DNA of 32,000 nucleotides from Candidatus Velamenicoccus archaeovorus (GCF_004102945.1 NZ_CP019384.1:1200001-1232000); one strand, 5' to 3'; shown: positions 1 to 9,974, counted from the first letter of the stretch. Numbers and translations: made by a program. The notes: generated by a model from the sequence alone, not told the origin.

Positions 1-1365
<1,365 letters not shown>

Positions 1366-1409
1366 AAAAAACGGTTGTTGACTTTTTACGGTCAACGACT
1401 TCTTGGCTA

Positions 1410-1422
1410 TTTATCAAAGAAC
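1410..1422 (-). promoter_or_regulatory. boxA-like antitermination element in the 16S leader
   Basis: The minus strand reads GTTCTTTGATAAA about 45 nt upstream of the 16S 5' end. It closely resembles rrn boxA sequences recalled from memory (E. coli GCTCTTTAACAA, Bacillus-type GTTCTTTGAAAA). Confidence 0.5.
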
Positions 1423-1614
1423 GAATATCGCTTGCGCGATAAGATATCTATTTTTCTCTATCAAACATCCGCCATCAAATCTTCGGCGGATTATTGTCTT
1501 CGCGCCTTCTGCGTCATACCCTGCGCTTATTGGCACCTGGTCCTTATAAGGAATTGGACCAGTGTTCGCCTTTCTGGCGAAGTATTGCGCGGGTGTTGCG
1601 CCTTCTGCGCAAAT

Positions 1615-1642
1615 AAAAAAGGCATCGAGATGATGCCTTTTT
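1615..1642. terminator. Bidirectional intrinsic-terminator-like hairpin (A6-GGCATC-loop5-GATGCC-T5)
   Basis: Stem 1621-1626 pairs with 1632-1637. It is flanked by an A-run (1615-1620) and a T-run (1638-1642), so either strand reads hairpin plus U-tract. It lies between tyrS and the promoter-like elements on one side and the 16S gene on the other. Confidence 0.6.
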
Positions 1643-1748
1643 CGAAAAATCCAGCATCTCGACAAACAGAACTTTTGGTTATGTTCCCCTGCGCGGGGCC
1701 CTTCTGTCGGTCTTCAAATCTCTTGTCACCTTGGCGGCTTGCGCCAAT

Positions 1749-1760
1749 CTGTAAAAGAAT
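1749..1760 (-). promoter_or_regulatory. Second, weaker boxA-like element just downstream of promoter P2
   Basis: The minus strand reads ATTCTTTTACAG. This is only a partial match to boxA (TCTTT.ACA core). Confidence 0.25.
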
Positions 1761-1787
1761 ATTTCGCACCCTAAGGTGTAGCTGTAA

Positions 1788-1843
1788 GTTATATCAGAAC
1801 ACCCATAAAGTGTCAAGGATTATTTTAAAAATTTTAAATGAGC
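1788..1843 (-). promoter_or_regulatory. Sigma70-type promoter P2 with AT-rich UP-like element, probably rRNA
   Basis: Minus strand: TTGACA (1816-1811), 17-nt spacer, TATAAC (1793-1788). Immediately upstream lies CATTTAAAATTTTTAAAATAATCC (1817-1843), which is UP-element-like. Confidence 0.6.
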
Positions 1844-1844
1844 A

Positions 1845-1881
1845 CATAACTTATGTAATTCAAAGAATTACATAAGTTATG
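1845..1881. repeat. Perfect 17-bp inverted repeat with 3-nt spacer (CATAACTTATGTAATTC aaa GAATTACATAAGTTATG)
   Basis: Arms 1845-1861 and 1865-1881 were verified base by base. The repeat sits directly upstream of the P2 UP-like element and looks operator-like. Confidence 0.9.
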
Positions 1882-1906
1882 GGTGCGAATTTATCCTTGA
1901 GACTTT

Positions 1907-1935
1907 CTCATAAATCACAACAAGGTAGGTGTCAA
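1907..1935 (-). promoter_or_regulatory. Sigma70-type promoter P1 (weaker -10)
   Basis: Minus strand: TTGACA (1935-1930), 17-nt spacer, TATGAG (1912-1907). The context ATCCTTGACAC is identical to that of P2. Confidence 0.45.
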
Positions 1936-1951
1936 GGATCTAATTCACGCC

Positions 1952-1983
1952 GTGACTTATGTTCATTGCATTCCATAAGTCAC
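1952..1983. repeat. 10-bp inverted repeat GTGACTTATG / CATAAGTCAC with 12-nt spacer
   Basis: Arms 1952-1961 and 1974-1983. It lies just upstream of the P1 -35 and shares the ACTTATG/CATAAGT core with the 1845-1881 palindrome. Confidence 0.85.
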
Positions 1984-2022
1984 ACGTTCATTAAAGAACG
2001 TAACTCACGCTAGGAACGAATC

Positions 2023-3228
2023 TTAAGCTTTTCTTTCGACGACGATTTTGACGAAGCTGCGCTTAGCCACCTGGATCAGGTATTCTCCGGGGTTTTTCAA
2101 TTCATAATTCACGGAGTCGATCTTTTCGCCGTTGACCTTTACGGCCCCCTGCTGGATCATGCGCCTGAACTCATTCTTGGTGTTATTGGTGTACAACAGA
2201 TCGACGCCGAGGTCCAAAAGCTGCAGGATGCCGATCGTTTCTTTGTCGCTTGAAACTTTTTTCACGGGCACGTGCTTCGGCACGTTTTTCTCGCGGAAGA
2301 CCGTTTCAAATTCCTTACGGGCGTCGCGCGCCGCATTGAGACCGTGATAGTGTGTGACGATAAAAGAAGCCAGCTTCATCTTGGCGTCCCGCGGATGCAT
2401 GGCAGACACAGCCGCCAAGTCCTCATCCGTCAGGAGCTCATAATATCTCATCATGAGCGTATCGTTGATGGACATGAGTTTACCGAACATCTCCTTAGGA
2501 GATTCGTTGATGCCGACATAATTCCCGAGGGATTTGGACATCTTGTTGGTGCCGTCCGTGCCCTCCAAGAGAGGCATGGTGATGACGACCTGGGGCATCT
2601 GGCCGTATTCCCTCTGCAGCTCGCGCCCAACCAAAAGGTTGAATTTCTGGTCCGTCCCTCCCAGCTCCACATCCGCCCTCAGGACGACGGAATCGTAGCC
2701 CTGGATCAAAGGATACATAAATTCCAGGATGCTGATCGGCCGGTTCTCCTTGAATCGCTTGGAAAAATCGTCGCGTTCCAGCATGCGTGCCACCGTATAC
2801 TTGCTCGAGAGGGCGATGACATCCTGGAACTTCATGCGCTCATACCAGCGGCTGTTGAACACGACGCGCGTGCGGCGGGGGTCCAAGATCTTGAAAATCT
2901 GCTTCTTATATGTCGCGGCATTCCTGATCACCTCTTCCCGCGACAGCTGTTTGCGGACCTCAGAGACGCCCGAAGGATCGCCGATGCGCCCCGTAAAATC
3001 ACCGATCAGAAAATAAACGATGTGTCCGAGGTCCTGAAAGGTTTTAAGTTTCCTCAAAAGGACCGTATGACCGAGGTGGATATCCGGGGCGGTCGGATCG
3101 AACCCCGCCTTCACCTTCAAGGGTTTGCCGGATTTTTCAGACCACCTCAGGCGCGCCACAAGCTCTTCTTCCGCGATGATCTCGCTTGTGCCCCGCTTAA
3201 TGACCTTTAATTGATCTTCGATGCTCAT
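2023..3228 (-). CDS. tyrS: Tyrosyl-tRNA synthetase
   Basis: ORF 2023-3252. It has the class I HIGH motif (HLGH), a verbatim KMSKS and a C-terminal S4-like domain. The start was moved to ATG 3228 ([13 protein letters not shown]), which fits typical TyrS N-termini. The exact start is uncertain. Confidence 0.93.
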   Translation of the reverse strand: MSIEDQLKVIKRGTSEIIAEEELVARLRWSEKSGKPLKVKAGFDPTAPDIHLGHTVLLRKLKTFQDLGHIVYFLIGDFTGRIGDPSGVSEVRKQLSREEVIRNAATYKKQIFKILDPRRTRVVFNSRWYERMKFQDVIALSSKYTVARMLERDDFSKRFKENRPISILEFMYPLIQGYDSVVLRADVELGGTDQKFNLLVGRELQREYGQMPQVVITMPLLEGTDGTNKMSKSLGNYVGINESPKEMFGKLMSINDTLMMRYYELLTDEDLAAVSAMHPRDAKMKLASFIVTHYHGLNAARDARKEFETVFREKNVPKHVPVKKVSSDKETIGILQLLDLGVDLLYTNNTKNEFRRMIQQGAVKVNGEKIDSVNYELKNPGEYLIQVAKRSFVKIVVERKA

Positions 3229-3237
3229 TAAATGAAC

Positions 3238-3303
3238 GCCCCGGCATCGCACGCGTCCGCCTCCCGCAGAAATCGGGATCCTGGATCACGAGAATGCCGG
3301 GGC
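3238..3303. repeat. 10-bp GC-rich inverted repeat (GCCCCGGCAT / ATGCCGGGGC) enclosing 46 nt in the rpsA-tyrS spacer
   Basis: Arms 3238-3247 and 3294-3303. No U-tract follows. Function unknown; it could be a processing or stability hairpin. Confidence 0.5.
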
Positions 3304-3313
3304 ACCTCACATG

Positions 3314-4861
3314 TTAAGACGCCAGCCCCAGACCGATACGCATCTGGTCGGTGTCCACCTTGATGATCTTGATCTTGATCTTATCGCCGATATTGACCTT
3401 CTCGAATTGGTCCTTCGGGATCTCATTGATATAAAGCAGCCCCTCAAAATCAGCATCGAAACGGACAAAAACGCCGAAGTTGTTCTTGGACGTCACCTCA
3501 CCCTCGCGTTCCGTGCCGATGGGATAGGTTTCAGCGATCTTAGGCCAGGGGCTCTCCATCGCCTGCTTCAAGCCCAAGGATATCTTCTTGTTCTGGGCAT
3601 CGACCGACAAGATGACGACGTCGACCTTCTGGCCTTTTTTGAGGATTTCCTGAGGATTCATGACGCGTCTCGTCCAGGACATGTCCGAGACGTGGATCAT
3701 GCCGTCCAGATTACCGTCCAGCTCCACAAAGGCCCCGAAATCCGTGAAGCCGCTGATCTTGCCAGACACCTTCGATCCGACAGAAAATTTGTTCTCCGCC
3801 TCCAGCCAGGGATTGCCCTCGAGCTGTTTGATGCTCAAAGAGATCCTGCGGCTGTCCTTGTCGATAGTCAACACCTGGACTTCAACAGTATCGCCAACGG
3901 CAAACATCTCCTGCGTATTGATGTTCCTCTTCTGCCAGGAAATCTCGGAAACGTGGATCAGCCCCTCGATGCCCTTTTCCAGCTCGACAAACACGCCGTA
4001 AGGAACGATATTGACAACCTTGCCTTTCAATCTTGTGCCGACCGGGAACTTCTTGTCGACATCCGTCCAGGGATCGGCCATGCGCTGCTTGAGACCAAGG
4101 GACACCTTGGACGTCTCCTTGTTCATGTTCAGAATCACAACCTCGATCCTATCGCCGACGGCCAGCATCTCCGAAGGATGCGAAATGCGCGACCAACTCA
4201 TGTCCGTGATATGCAACAGGCCGTCTACGCCGCCCAGATCGATGAAGGCGCCGAAGTCCGTGATATTTTTGACCAAGCCGTTGACGACGTCTCCGGACTT
4301 GTGGGTCTCCCAGAAACGCAGACGGTTGTCCTCTTTTTCCTTAGCCACGGCTTCCTTGCGCGAAACGATCAAGCTCTTGCGCAGGGAGTTGATCTTGATG
4401 ATCTTGAATTTGAAAGAATGCCCGACAATATCCTTCTCGCTGACATTCCTGAACATGGCGAGGCTCGCAGGCAGGAATCCTTCCAGGCCGTAGACATCGA
4501 CGATAAAGCCGCCCTTGACTTTCTTGCGCACAAAGCCGTCGACCAAGTCCCCTTCTTTGAATCCCTGGTTGATCTTGTCCCAGCCGTGAAGACGTCTGGC
4601 CTTGTCGCGGGAAAGGACGATCATGCCATTATCATCTTCTATCGAATCCACGTAGACTTCCACTTCCTGGCCAACAGCCAGGTCAGGCAGGCCCGTGAAT
4701 TCTTCGCGCGCCACAGCCCCTTCGGACTTGTAACCCACGTCGATCAGGACATCTTTGACGCCGATCCTGACGATCTTGCCCTTGACGATCTCCCCTTCCT
4801 TGATCTCTTTGAAACTCTGTTCGTAGAGTTGCGTTAACGCTGCGTTCTTTTCTTCACTCAC
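3314..4861 (-). CDS. rpsA: 30S ribosomal protein S1 (six S1/OB repeats)
   Basis: The 515-aa ORF has recurring S1-domain signatures (G.VV.G.V..I..FGAFV/FGVFV...G..GL.H.S). A GTG start at 4861 lies 8 nt downstream of AAGGGGGA. Confidence 0.95.
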   Translation of the reverse strand: MSEEKNAALTQLYEQSFKEIKEGEIVKGKIVRIGVKDVLIDVGYKSEGAVAREEFTGLPDLAVGQEVEVYVDSIEDDNGMIVLSRDKARRLHGWDKINQGFKEGDLVDGFVRKKVKGGFIVDVYGLEGFLPASLAMFRNVSEKDIVGHSFKFKIIKINSLRKSLIVSRKEAVAKEKEDNRLRFWETHKSGDVVNGLVKNITDFGAFIDLGGVDGLLHITDMSWSRISHPSEMLAVGDRIEVVILNMNKETSKVSLGLKQRMADPWTDVDKKFPVGTRLKGKVVNIVPYGVFVELEKGIEGLIHVSEISWQKRNINTQEMFAVGDTVEVQVLTIDKDSRRISLSIKQLEGNPWLEAENKFSVGSKVSGKISGFTDFGAFVELDGNLDGMIHVSDMSWTRRVMNPQEILKKGQKVDVVILSVDAQNKKISLGLKQAMESPWPKIAETYPIGTEREGEVTSKNNFGVFVRFDADFEGLLYINEIPKDQFEKVNIGDKIKIKIIKVDTDQMRIGLGLAS

Positions 4862-4979
4862 AAAAAATTCCCCCTTTACGGTGTATTAATAGCGCGCATA
4901 TGGCCGCGTCTATTTGCATGTTGGAGCCCCGCGGCGATAAAGCTGCAGGGCGACACCCCTCCATAACATTCTGGATGAA

Positions 4980-5084
4980 GGATAAGATCCTGCGCTTCAA
5001 GGAAAGCGCAGACCTATCCTTTCTGGATAAGGTCCTGCGCTCTAAGGAAGGCGCAGACCTATCCTTTCTGGATAAGGCCTCGCG
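4980..5084. repeat. Tandem 45-bp repeat: 2 full units plus a partial third, each unit a long imperfect hairpin
   Basis: GGATAAG recurs at 4980, 5025 and 5070, giving a period of 45. Each unit is GGATAAGGTCCTGCGC, a 10-nt loop, GCGCAGACCTATCC, then TTTCT. Three of the four differences between units fall in the loop. It lies in the rpsA 5' leader. Confidence 0.9.
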
Positions 5085-5167
5085 TCCAAAATACTTAGGC
5101 GCCAAGCGTAAACCCCACACCGTCCTGAACCGCGACAGGTTCAAGACTGGTACGCGGGTAGAGCATA

Positions 5168-5195
5168 ATTATCCTTAAAAACAGGAATTTGTCAA
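5168..5195 (-). promoter_or_regulatory. Sigma70-type promoter for rpsA
   Basis: Minus strand: TTGACA (5195-5190), 16-nt spacer, GATAAT (5173-5168). This implies an rpsA leader of about 300 nt. Confidence 0.6.
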
Positions 5196-5205
5196 GCTAA
5201 AATGT

Positions 5206-5814
5206 TCAGACGCCGGCATCAGCCGCCGCCTTGAGAGCACTGACCCGTTCCATCACCCGGCCGGCGAACGCCTCGTCTGACTCTCCCGACCCGGCGGACA
5301 GCGTCATCGACTCTCCGAACCAGACTGTGATCGGCGCCCTTCTGAGCCGCTTGTCCGTCTTAGACAAAGCAGCGTCTGTCCCCCGGACAAAAGCCGGCAC
5401 GACCGGGACGCCGCTTTTGCGTGCAAGGAAACCGACGCCGGCGCGTCCGCGGCCGATCTTGCCGCCCACCGTACGCGTCCCTTCGGGAAACAGCAGCAAC
5501 CCTTCCTGATGCCTTAAACGCCTCAGGGCTTCTTTCATGGCCCCCAGATCTGCGGCGTTGCGTTTCAGAGGAAAAGCACGCACACGCATCAGCAACCAGC
5601 CGAAAAAACGGGCCTTGAACAACGTATCCCTGGCCATGAAACTCAAAAATCTCGGGCAGGCGCAGCCGAAAACGATAGGATCGAGGTAGCTGACATGGTT
5701 GCAAGCCAAAAGAAAACCGCCGCGGCGGGGAATATTCTGTCTGCCGAAAACCTTGAAACGAAAGAACAATTTAAAGACAGAAAAAAATAAAAATCTGCCT
5801 ATGGCATAAATCAT
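5206..5814 (-). CDS. plsC: 1-acyl-sn-glycerol-3-phosphate acyltransferase
   Basis: Carries the NHxxxxD motif (NHVSYLD) and the FPEGTR block typical of the PlsC/LPLAT family. Confidence 0.9.
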   Translation of the reverse strand: MIYAIGRFLFFSVFKLFFRFKVFGRQNIPRRGGFLLACNHVSYLDPIVFGCACPRFLSFMARDTLFKARFFGWLLMRVRAFPLKRNAADLGAMKEALRRLRHQEGLLLFPEGTRTVGGKIGRGRAGVGFLARKSGVPVVPAFVRGTDAALSKTDKRLRRAPITVWFGESMTLSAGSGESDEAFAGRVMERVSALKAAADAGV

Positions 5815-5896
5815 GGGTCGGCACCTGCTCTTTCAAAAGGGAGAGACGCGTTTTCGAATGCCTTAAAGCGCCGGGGAGACGACCACGAGGGCCGGA

Positions 5897-7354
5897 TCAG
5901 GCCGTATAACGAATCTTCTCTTTCACCATCTCGTTGCCCAACTTGATGAGGTCTCTGGCCCTGGCGTAACTCTTGGCTTCGGAATAAACGCGCATCTTCG
6001 GTTCGGTGCCGGAGGCCCGGAACATGAGCCAACTTTCATCCTCGCAAATCAGCTTCGTTCCGTCGTAATCCTTGACTTTAACGACCTTCTTTCCCAAAAG
6101 AGAATTCACACAGAGCGTCTTCATGTCCAAAGCATAATCTTTCGATTTCAATCTCATGTCACTGCGCAGATAGTAATAACGACCGTACTTTTTTTCCATC
6201 TCACGAAGGATCTGGGCTATTTTTTTCTTGCGATGGATCATCATCTCGACAAGCATGAGACCCGCCAATGTGCCGTCGCGCTCCGGGATATAGTTCTTCA
6301 GCCCCATGCCGCCGGCCTCCTCTCCGCCCACGAGGATATTTTTGGTTTCCATCAGGTTGGAAATATATTTGAACCCGACCGGCGTCTCATGAAGCTCGAC
6401 CCCGAGGTCCCGGGCAATATGCTCGAGCATCGTCGTCCCGGCGATGGTCGTCACAATACCGCCGTCCCAGCCTTTATCCTCGCGCAGATGCAGGGCCAAA
6501 AGCCCCAGGATCTTCTGAGGAGGGATATACTCGCCCTTGGAATCTACGGCGGCGATACGGTCCGCGTCACCGTCAAGGATCAAACCGATATCGTGTTTGC
6601 CCTCTTTCATGCGGCGGATGATCTTCTGCACATTGTCTTCCACGGGCTCAGGCCCGCGGCCCTCAAACCACGGATTGACTTCATTGCGCATCAATTCCAA
6701 CCGGATCGAAGTCCCTTTCAAGACGTCGGCGATATAGCTGTTGCCGCTGCCGTACATCGCATCCATCAAAACCCTGAATTTGGCTTTTTTAAACGCCTTT
6801 CTGTCGATATAAGAACGCAAAAAAGAAACGTATTCCTTGGAGATGTCGGCAACCTTGATCGAGCCGTCCGCAATGGCCGAGTCGATTTTTTTGACTTTGC
6901 TTTCCGCCTGCCCGATCAACGACTCGACGCGGCGCGTCACCGTCACATCAGCCGCCCCGCCCTGTGCGTTCTTGATCTTGTATCCGTTGAATTCCGGCGG
7001 GTTGTGGCTGGCCGTAATCATGATGCCGAGGTCGAGCTTTCTATTTTTGACCGCAAAACTCAACGCCGGGGTAGGGACGGCCCTGTCGGAAAGGATGGTC
7101 TCGATATCGTTGGCGGCAAAGACCTCCGCAACCGTCTGGGCGAATTTCGCCGAAAGAAAACGCGTGTCATAGCCGACGCAGACACGCACCTTGCCTTCCT
7201 GCTGTTTGGGAAAATCATCCTTGAGATAGCAGGCCGTCGCCTGCGCCACCTTGCGCAGATTCACAAACGTGAAATCGTCGGCAATCACGGCCCGCCAGCC
7301 GTCCGTTCCGAACTTGATCGCCTTGACCTGTTCCTGTGCCTCTTTATTCGTCAT
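5897..7354 (-). CDS. Phosphoglucomutase/phosphomannomutase (alpha-D-phosphohexomutase family)
   Basis: Has the phosphoserine loop TASHNPPEFNGYK, the metal loop DGDADR and a GEEAGG sugar-binding loop. Substrate specificity is not assignable from sequence. Confidence 0.9.
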   Translation of the reverse strand: MTNKEAQEQVKAIKFGTDGWRAVIADDFTFVNLRKVAQATACYLKDDFPKQQEGKVRVCVGYDTRFLSAKFAQTVAEVFAANDIETILSDRAVPTPALSFAVKNRKLDLGIMITASHNPPEFNGYKIKNAQGGAADVTVTRRVESLIGQAESKVKKIDSAIADGSIKVADISKEYVSFLRSYIDRKAFKKAKFRVLMDAMYGSGNSYIADVLKGTSIRLELMRNEVNPWFEGRGPEPVEDNVQKIIRRMKEGKHDIGLILDGDADRIAAVDSKGEYIPPQKILGLLALHLREDKGWDGGIVTTIAGTTMLEHIARDLGVELHETPVGFKYISNLMETKNILVGGEEAGGMGLKNYIPERDGTLAGLMLVEMMIHRKKKIAQILREMEKKYGRYYYLRSDMRLKSKDYALDMKTLCVNSLLGKKVVKVKDYDGTKLICEDESWLMFRASGTEPKMRVYSEAKSYARARDLIKLGNEMVKEKIRYTA

Positions 7355-8006
7355 TCTTCAATCTCCTTATGGCGTCTTCCATGTTATGAGCTTTAAAAAG
7401 ATACGTCCCGGCGGCCAGAAGATTTGCGCCGCTGCGCACCGCCTGGCGGGCCGTCTTGTCGTTAATGCCCCCATCCACCTCGATATCTCCGGCGAACATC
7501 CGTCTCAGATCAGAAATCTTCGGCAAAACAGCTGTGATGAACTCCTGACCTCCGAAACCTGGATTAACACTCATCACCAACACCCAATCCACCTTCTCCA
7601 AAAGACCCTTGATGTCCGCCAGCGGCGTCGAGGGATTCAGGGCGACCGCCGGACGGACATTGATCTTTTTGAGTTCCTGAATGATGAGATGGGCTTTTTT
7701 GAGACGTGCATGCCTTGTCTTACCCAGGGCCTCGATATGGAAACTGATGATGTCGGAACCGCTCCTGGCAAACGGGGCGATATAATCTTCAGGGGCCTCG
7801 ATCATTAAATGCGAGTGGATCGGCAGGTCTGTCGTCTTGCGCAGGGCGGCGACGACGGCTGGACCGATGGTGATGTTGGGAACAAAATGGCCATCCATGA
7901 CGTCCACGTGCAGAAAATCAGCGCCCGCTTCTTTAGCGCGCCTGGCCTCCTGGGCTAGATTCGCAAAATCCGCAGCCAATATGGACGGTCCAATCTTGAT
8001 CTTCAT
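7344..8006 (-). CDS. rpe: Ribulose-phosphate 3-epimerase
   Basis: N-terminus IGPSILAADFANL..., HVDVMDGHFVPN motif, 220 aa. It overlaps the phosphohexomutase start by 11 nt. Confidence 0.93.
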   Translation of the reverse strand: MKIKIGPSILAADFANLAQEARRAKEAGADFLHVDVMDGHFVPNITIGPAVVAALRKTTDLPIHSHLMIEAPEDYIAPFARSGSDIISFHIEALGKTRHARLKKAHLIIQELKKINVRPAVALNPSTPLADIKGLLEKVDWVLVMSVNPGFGGQEFITAVLPKISDLRRMFAGDIEVDGGINDKTARQAVRSGANLLAAGTYLFKAHNMEDAIRRLKNDE

Positions 8007-8590
8007 TGGTAGAGCCCATGCCTTTCGATATATTTCACCACGCTGTTAGGCGTCAGATAACGGATCGAACGCCCTTCGCGCCTGAGCTTGCGGATCAAGG
8101 AAGAAGAAATATCCACCTGCGCGACGTTGATCTTGATAAAAGGCCGTCCGCTCAGACGCCTGCCGTATCCCGGCCGCCGGGCCAAGACAAAAGCAGCAAG
8201 CGCATAAATCTCATCGACGTTTTTCCAGCTCGGGATTTCCGAAACCAGGTCCGAACCGCAGATAAAAAAAAGCTTTGCGTGCGGATACCGTTCCTTGATC
8301 TGCCGCAGCGTGTCCACCGTATAGGACTTGCCTCTGCGCCGGATCTCAATGTCGGAAACGGAAAAAGCCTTGTTATTGCCTATAGCCAACCCGAGCATCT
8401 CAAAACGATATCTTGCCGGAATAACGTCGCTGTTGCTTTTGTGCGGCGGCATGAACGTAGGCACAAAAATCACCTTGTCGAGCCCCAACTGCCCTCTCAC
8501 CTGTTCCGCGAGGATCAAGTGCCCGAAATGTACCGGATTAAAAGTGCCGCCCAGGATACCTATCTTCATCATTTTAATGACGAATGTCAA
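8003..8590 (-). CDS. nadD: Nicotinate-nucleotide adenylyltransferase
   Basis: Has the GGTFNPVHFGHL nucleotidyltransferase motif. The real start may be the internal ATG at 8572 or 8569 (MMKIGILGG). There is a 4-nt overlap with rpe. Confidence 0.9.
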   Translation of the reverse strand: MTFVIKMMKIGILGGTFNPVHFGHLILAEQVRGQLGLDKVIFVPTFMPPHKSNSDVIPARYRFEMLGLAIGNNKAFSVSDIEIRRRGKSYTVDTLRQIKERYPHAKLFFICGSDLVSEIPSWKNVDEIYALAAFVLARRPGYGRRLSGRPFIKINVAQVDISSSLIRKLRREGRSIRYLTPNSVVKYIERHGLYQ

Positions 8591-8594
8591 AATC

Positions 8595-8678
8595 CAAATG
8601 ACAAATTAATACCAAAAAATTCAATACCCAGTTTTACCTTCCTTCGACATTGGGATTTAATTGGGCATTTGTCATTTG
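8595..8678. repeat. 12-bp inverted repeat CAAATGACAAAT / ATTTGTCATTTG flanking a 60-nt AT-rich spacer (proA-nadD intergenic)
   Basis: Arms 8595-8606 and 8667-8678 were verified. Additional TGACA/TGTCA half-sites lie nearby. Function unknown. Confidence 0.6.
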
Positions 8679-8688
8679 ACATTTGGAA

Positions 8689-9972
8689 TTATTCGCGGAT
8701 CTGTCCCGTGCCTCGTATCTCGTATTTATAGGTCGTCAATTCCTCGAGGCCCATCGGTCCCCGGGCATGCAGACGGTCCGTCGAGATCCCAATCTCCGCC
8801 CCCAGGCCGAACTGGTAACCGTCCGTAAAACGGGTGGAGGCATTGACATAAACGCAGGCGGAATCCACATCCTTCAAAAAGAGCTCCGCATTCTGTTGGT
8901 CCTGCGTGACGATGGCATCGGAATGGGAAGAGCCGTAGCGGTTGATGTGATCGATAGCCTCCCGCACATCTTTGACCACTTTGACCGAAAGAATCAGATC
9001 GAGATATTCGGCATACCAATCCGCTTCCGTCGCCCGGCCAATGCCGCGGACGATCTGACGCGTTCGGCGGCACCCCCTGATCTCGACACCCGCCCGTTGG
9101 AGCGCCTCAGCCATCACGGGCAGAAAGCTCCCGGCGATATCCTGATGCACCAAAAGGGTCTCAACGGCATTGCAGACGGCCGGCCGCTGGACCTTGGCGT
9201 TCAAAACGATCTTTTGGGCCATGGCTGCATCGGCGCTCTTGTCCACAAAGATATGGCAAACGCCCTTGTAATGCTTGATCACCGGGATTTTTGATTTATC
9301 CCTGACCTCCCGGATAAGGGCTTCGCCGCCGCGAGGCATGACGAGATTGATCTGTTGGTCCATCTGCAAAAGCATATCCACGGCCCTGCGGTCAGTTGTC
9401 TTAACAAAATTAATCGCATCCGCCGGAATCCCCTCGCGCTCGACAACCTTCTGCAGGATCCCAAAAATGGCCGCATTCGACCCGATCGCATCGCTGCCGC
9501 CCTTCAAAATCACGGCGTTTCCGGATTTAAAACACAACCCGATGCAATCCGACGTGACGTTCGGCCGCGATTCGTAAATCACAAGAATAACGCCAATGGG
9601 AACGCGGACCTTGGAAATCAACAGGCCGTTCGGCCGGCTCCAGGTCTTGATCTCTGCCCCAACGGGATCCTCAAGTTTGGAAACCTCGCCCAAAGATTCC
9701 GCCATCTCGCAGACACGCTTCTCATTCAGCGTCAGACGCTCAAGAAAAGCCTTGGACAGACCTTTCTTGGCCGCGCGGGCAACGTCCTTTTTGTTGGCCT
9801 CAAGGATCGCCCCCATATGTTCCAGGAGCGCCGATCCCATCGCGCATAAGACTTCGTTCTTTTTCTTGGTACTCAAAGACGCAAGGACTCTCGAAGCCTC
9901 TCTGGCACGAAATGCCATTCTGGCCAGGTTCCTTTCAAGCGCCGGACTCTTTGTTTTTTTTGTTCTTCTCAT
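8689..9972 (-). CDS. proA: Gamma-glutamyl phosphate reductase
   Basis: Aldehyde-dehydrogenase-fold protein with the catalytic-Cys context RPAVCNAVETLLVH. The ORF extends to 10086, but ATG 9972 (MRRTKK...) lies 2 nt after the proB stop and gives a typical length of ~428 aa. Confidence 0.92.
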   Translation of the reverse strand: MRRTKKTKSPALERNLARMAFRAREASRVLASLSTKKKNEVLCAMGSALLEHMGAILEANKKDVARAAKKGLSKAFLERLTLNEKRVCEMAESLGEVSKLEDPVGAEIKTWSRPNGLLISKVRVPIGVILVIYESRPNVTSDCIGLCFKSGNAVILKGGSDAIGSNAAIFGILQKVVEREGIPADAINFVKTTDRRAVDMLLQMDQQINLVMPRGGEALIREVRDKSKIPVIKHYKGVCHIFVDKSADAAMAQKIVLNAKVQRPAVCNAVETLLVHQDIAGSFLPVMAEALQRAGVEIRGCRRTRQIVRGIGRATEADWYAEYLDLILSVKVVKDVREAIDHINRYGSSHSDAIVTQDQQNAELFLKDVDSACVYVNASTRFTDGYQFGLGAEIGISTDRLHARGPMGLEELTTYKYEIRGTGQIRE

Positions 9973-9974
9973 CG

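Noticed and set aside
3311-4837. 508-aa plus-strand ORF opposite rpsA. Similar long antisense ORFs occur at 2272-3210, 6233-7396, 12702-13712, 13734-14660, 15694-17319, 21726-22625, 25031-26269 and 26923-28248.
   Set aside because: These are shadow ORFs of well-supported minus-strand genes. Their composition is low-complexity (D/L/R/H-rich), no recognisable motifs are present, and there is no SD context. They are typical of GC-biased codon usage on the opposite strand.
4980-5084. Possible mini-CRISPR arrays, both here and at 19852-19944.
   Set aside because: The repeat units abut directly with no spacers. There are only two copies of each and no cas genes in the window.
4854-5178. ORFs on both strands that read through the 45-bp repeats and give 15-aa peptide repeats (for example DKILRFKESADLSFL x2).
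   Set aside because: The in-frame periodicity is a by-product of the 45-bp unit. Sequence differences concentrate in hairpin loops and the hairpin stems are largely preserved, there is no SD, and the region is the rpsA leader. A structural element is the simpler reading.
5815-5896. Possible tRNA, suggested by a GTTTTCGAATGCC segment resembling a T-arm.
   Set aside because: No acceptor-stem complementarity, no D-arm and no GTTCGAATC consensus. The 82-nt spacer is more simply the pgm-plsC intergenic region.
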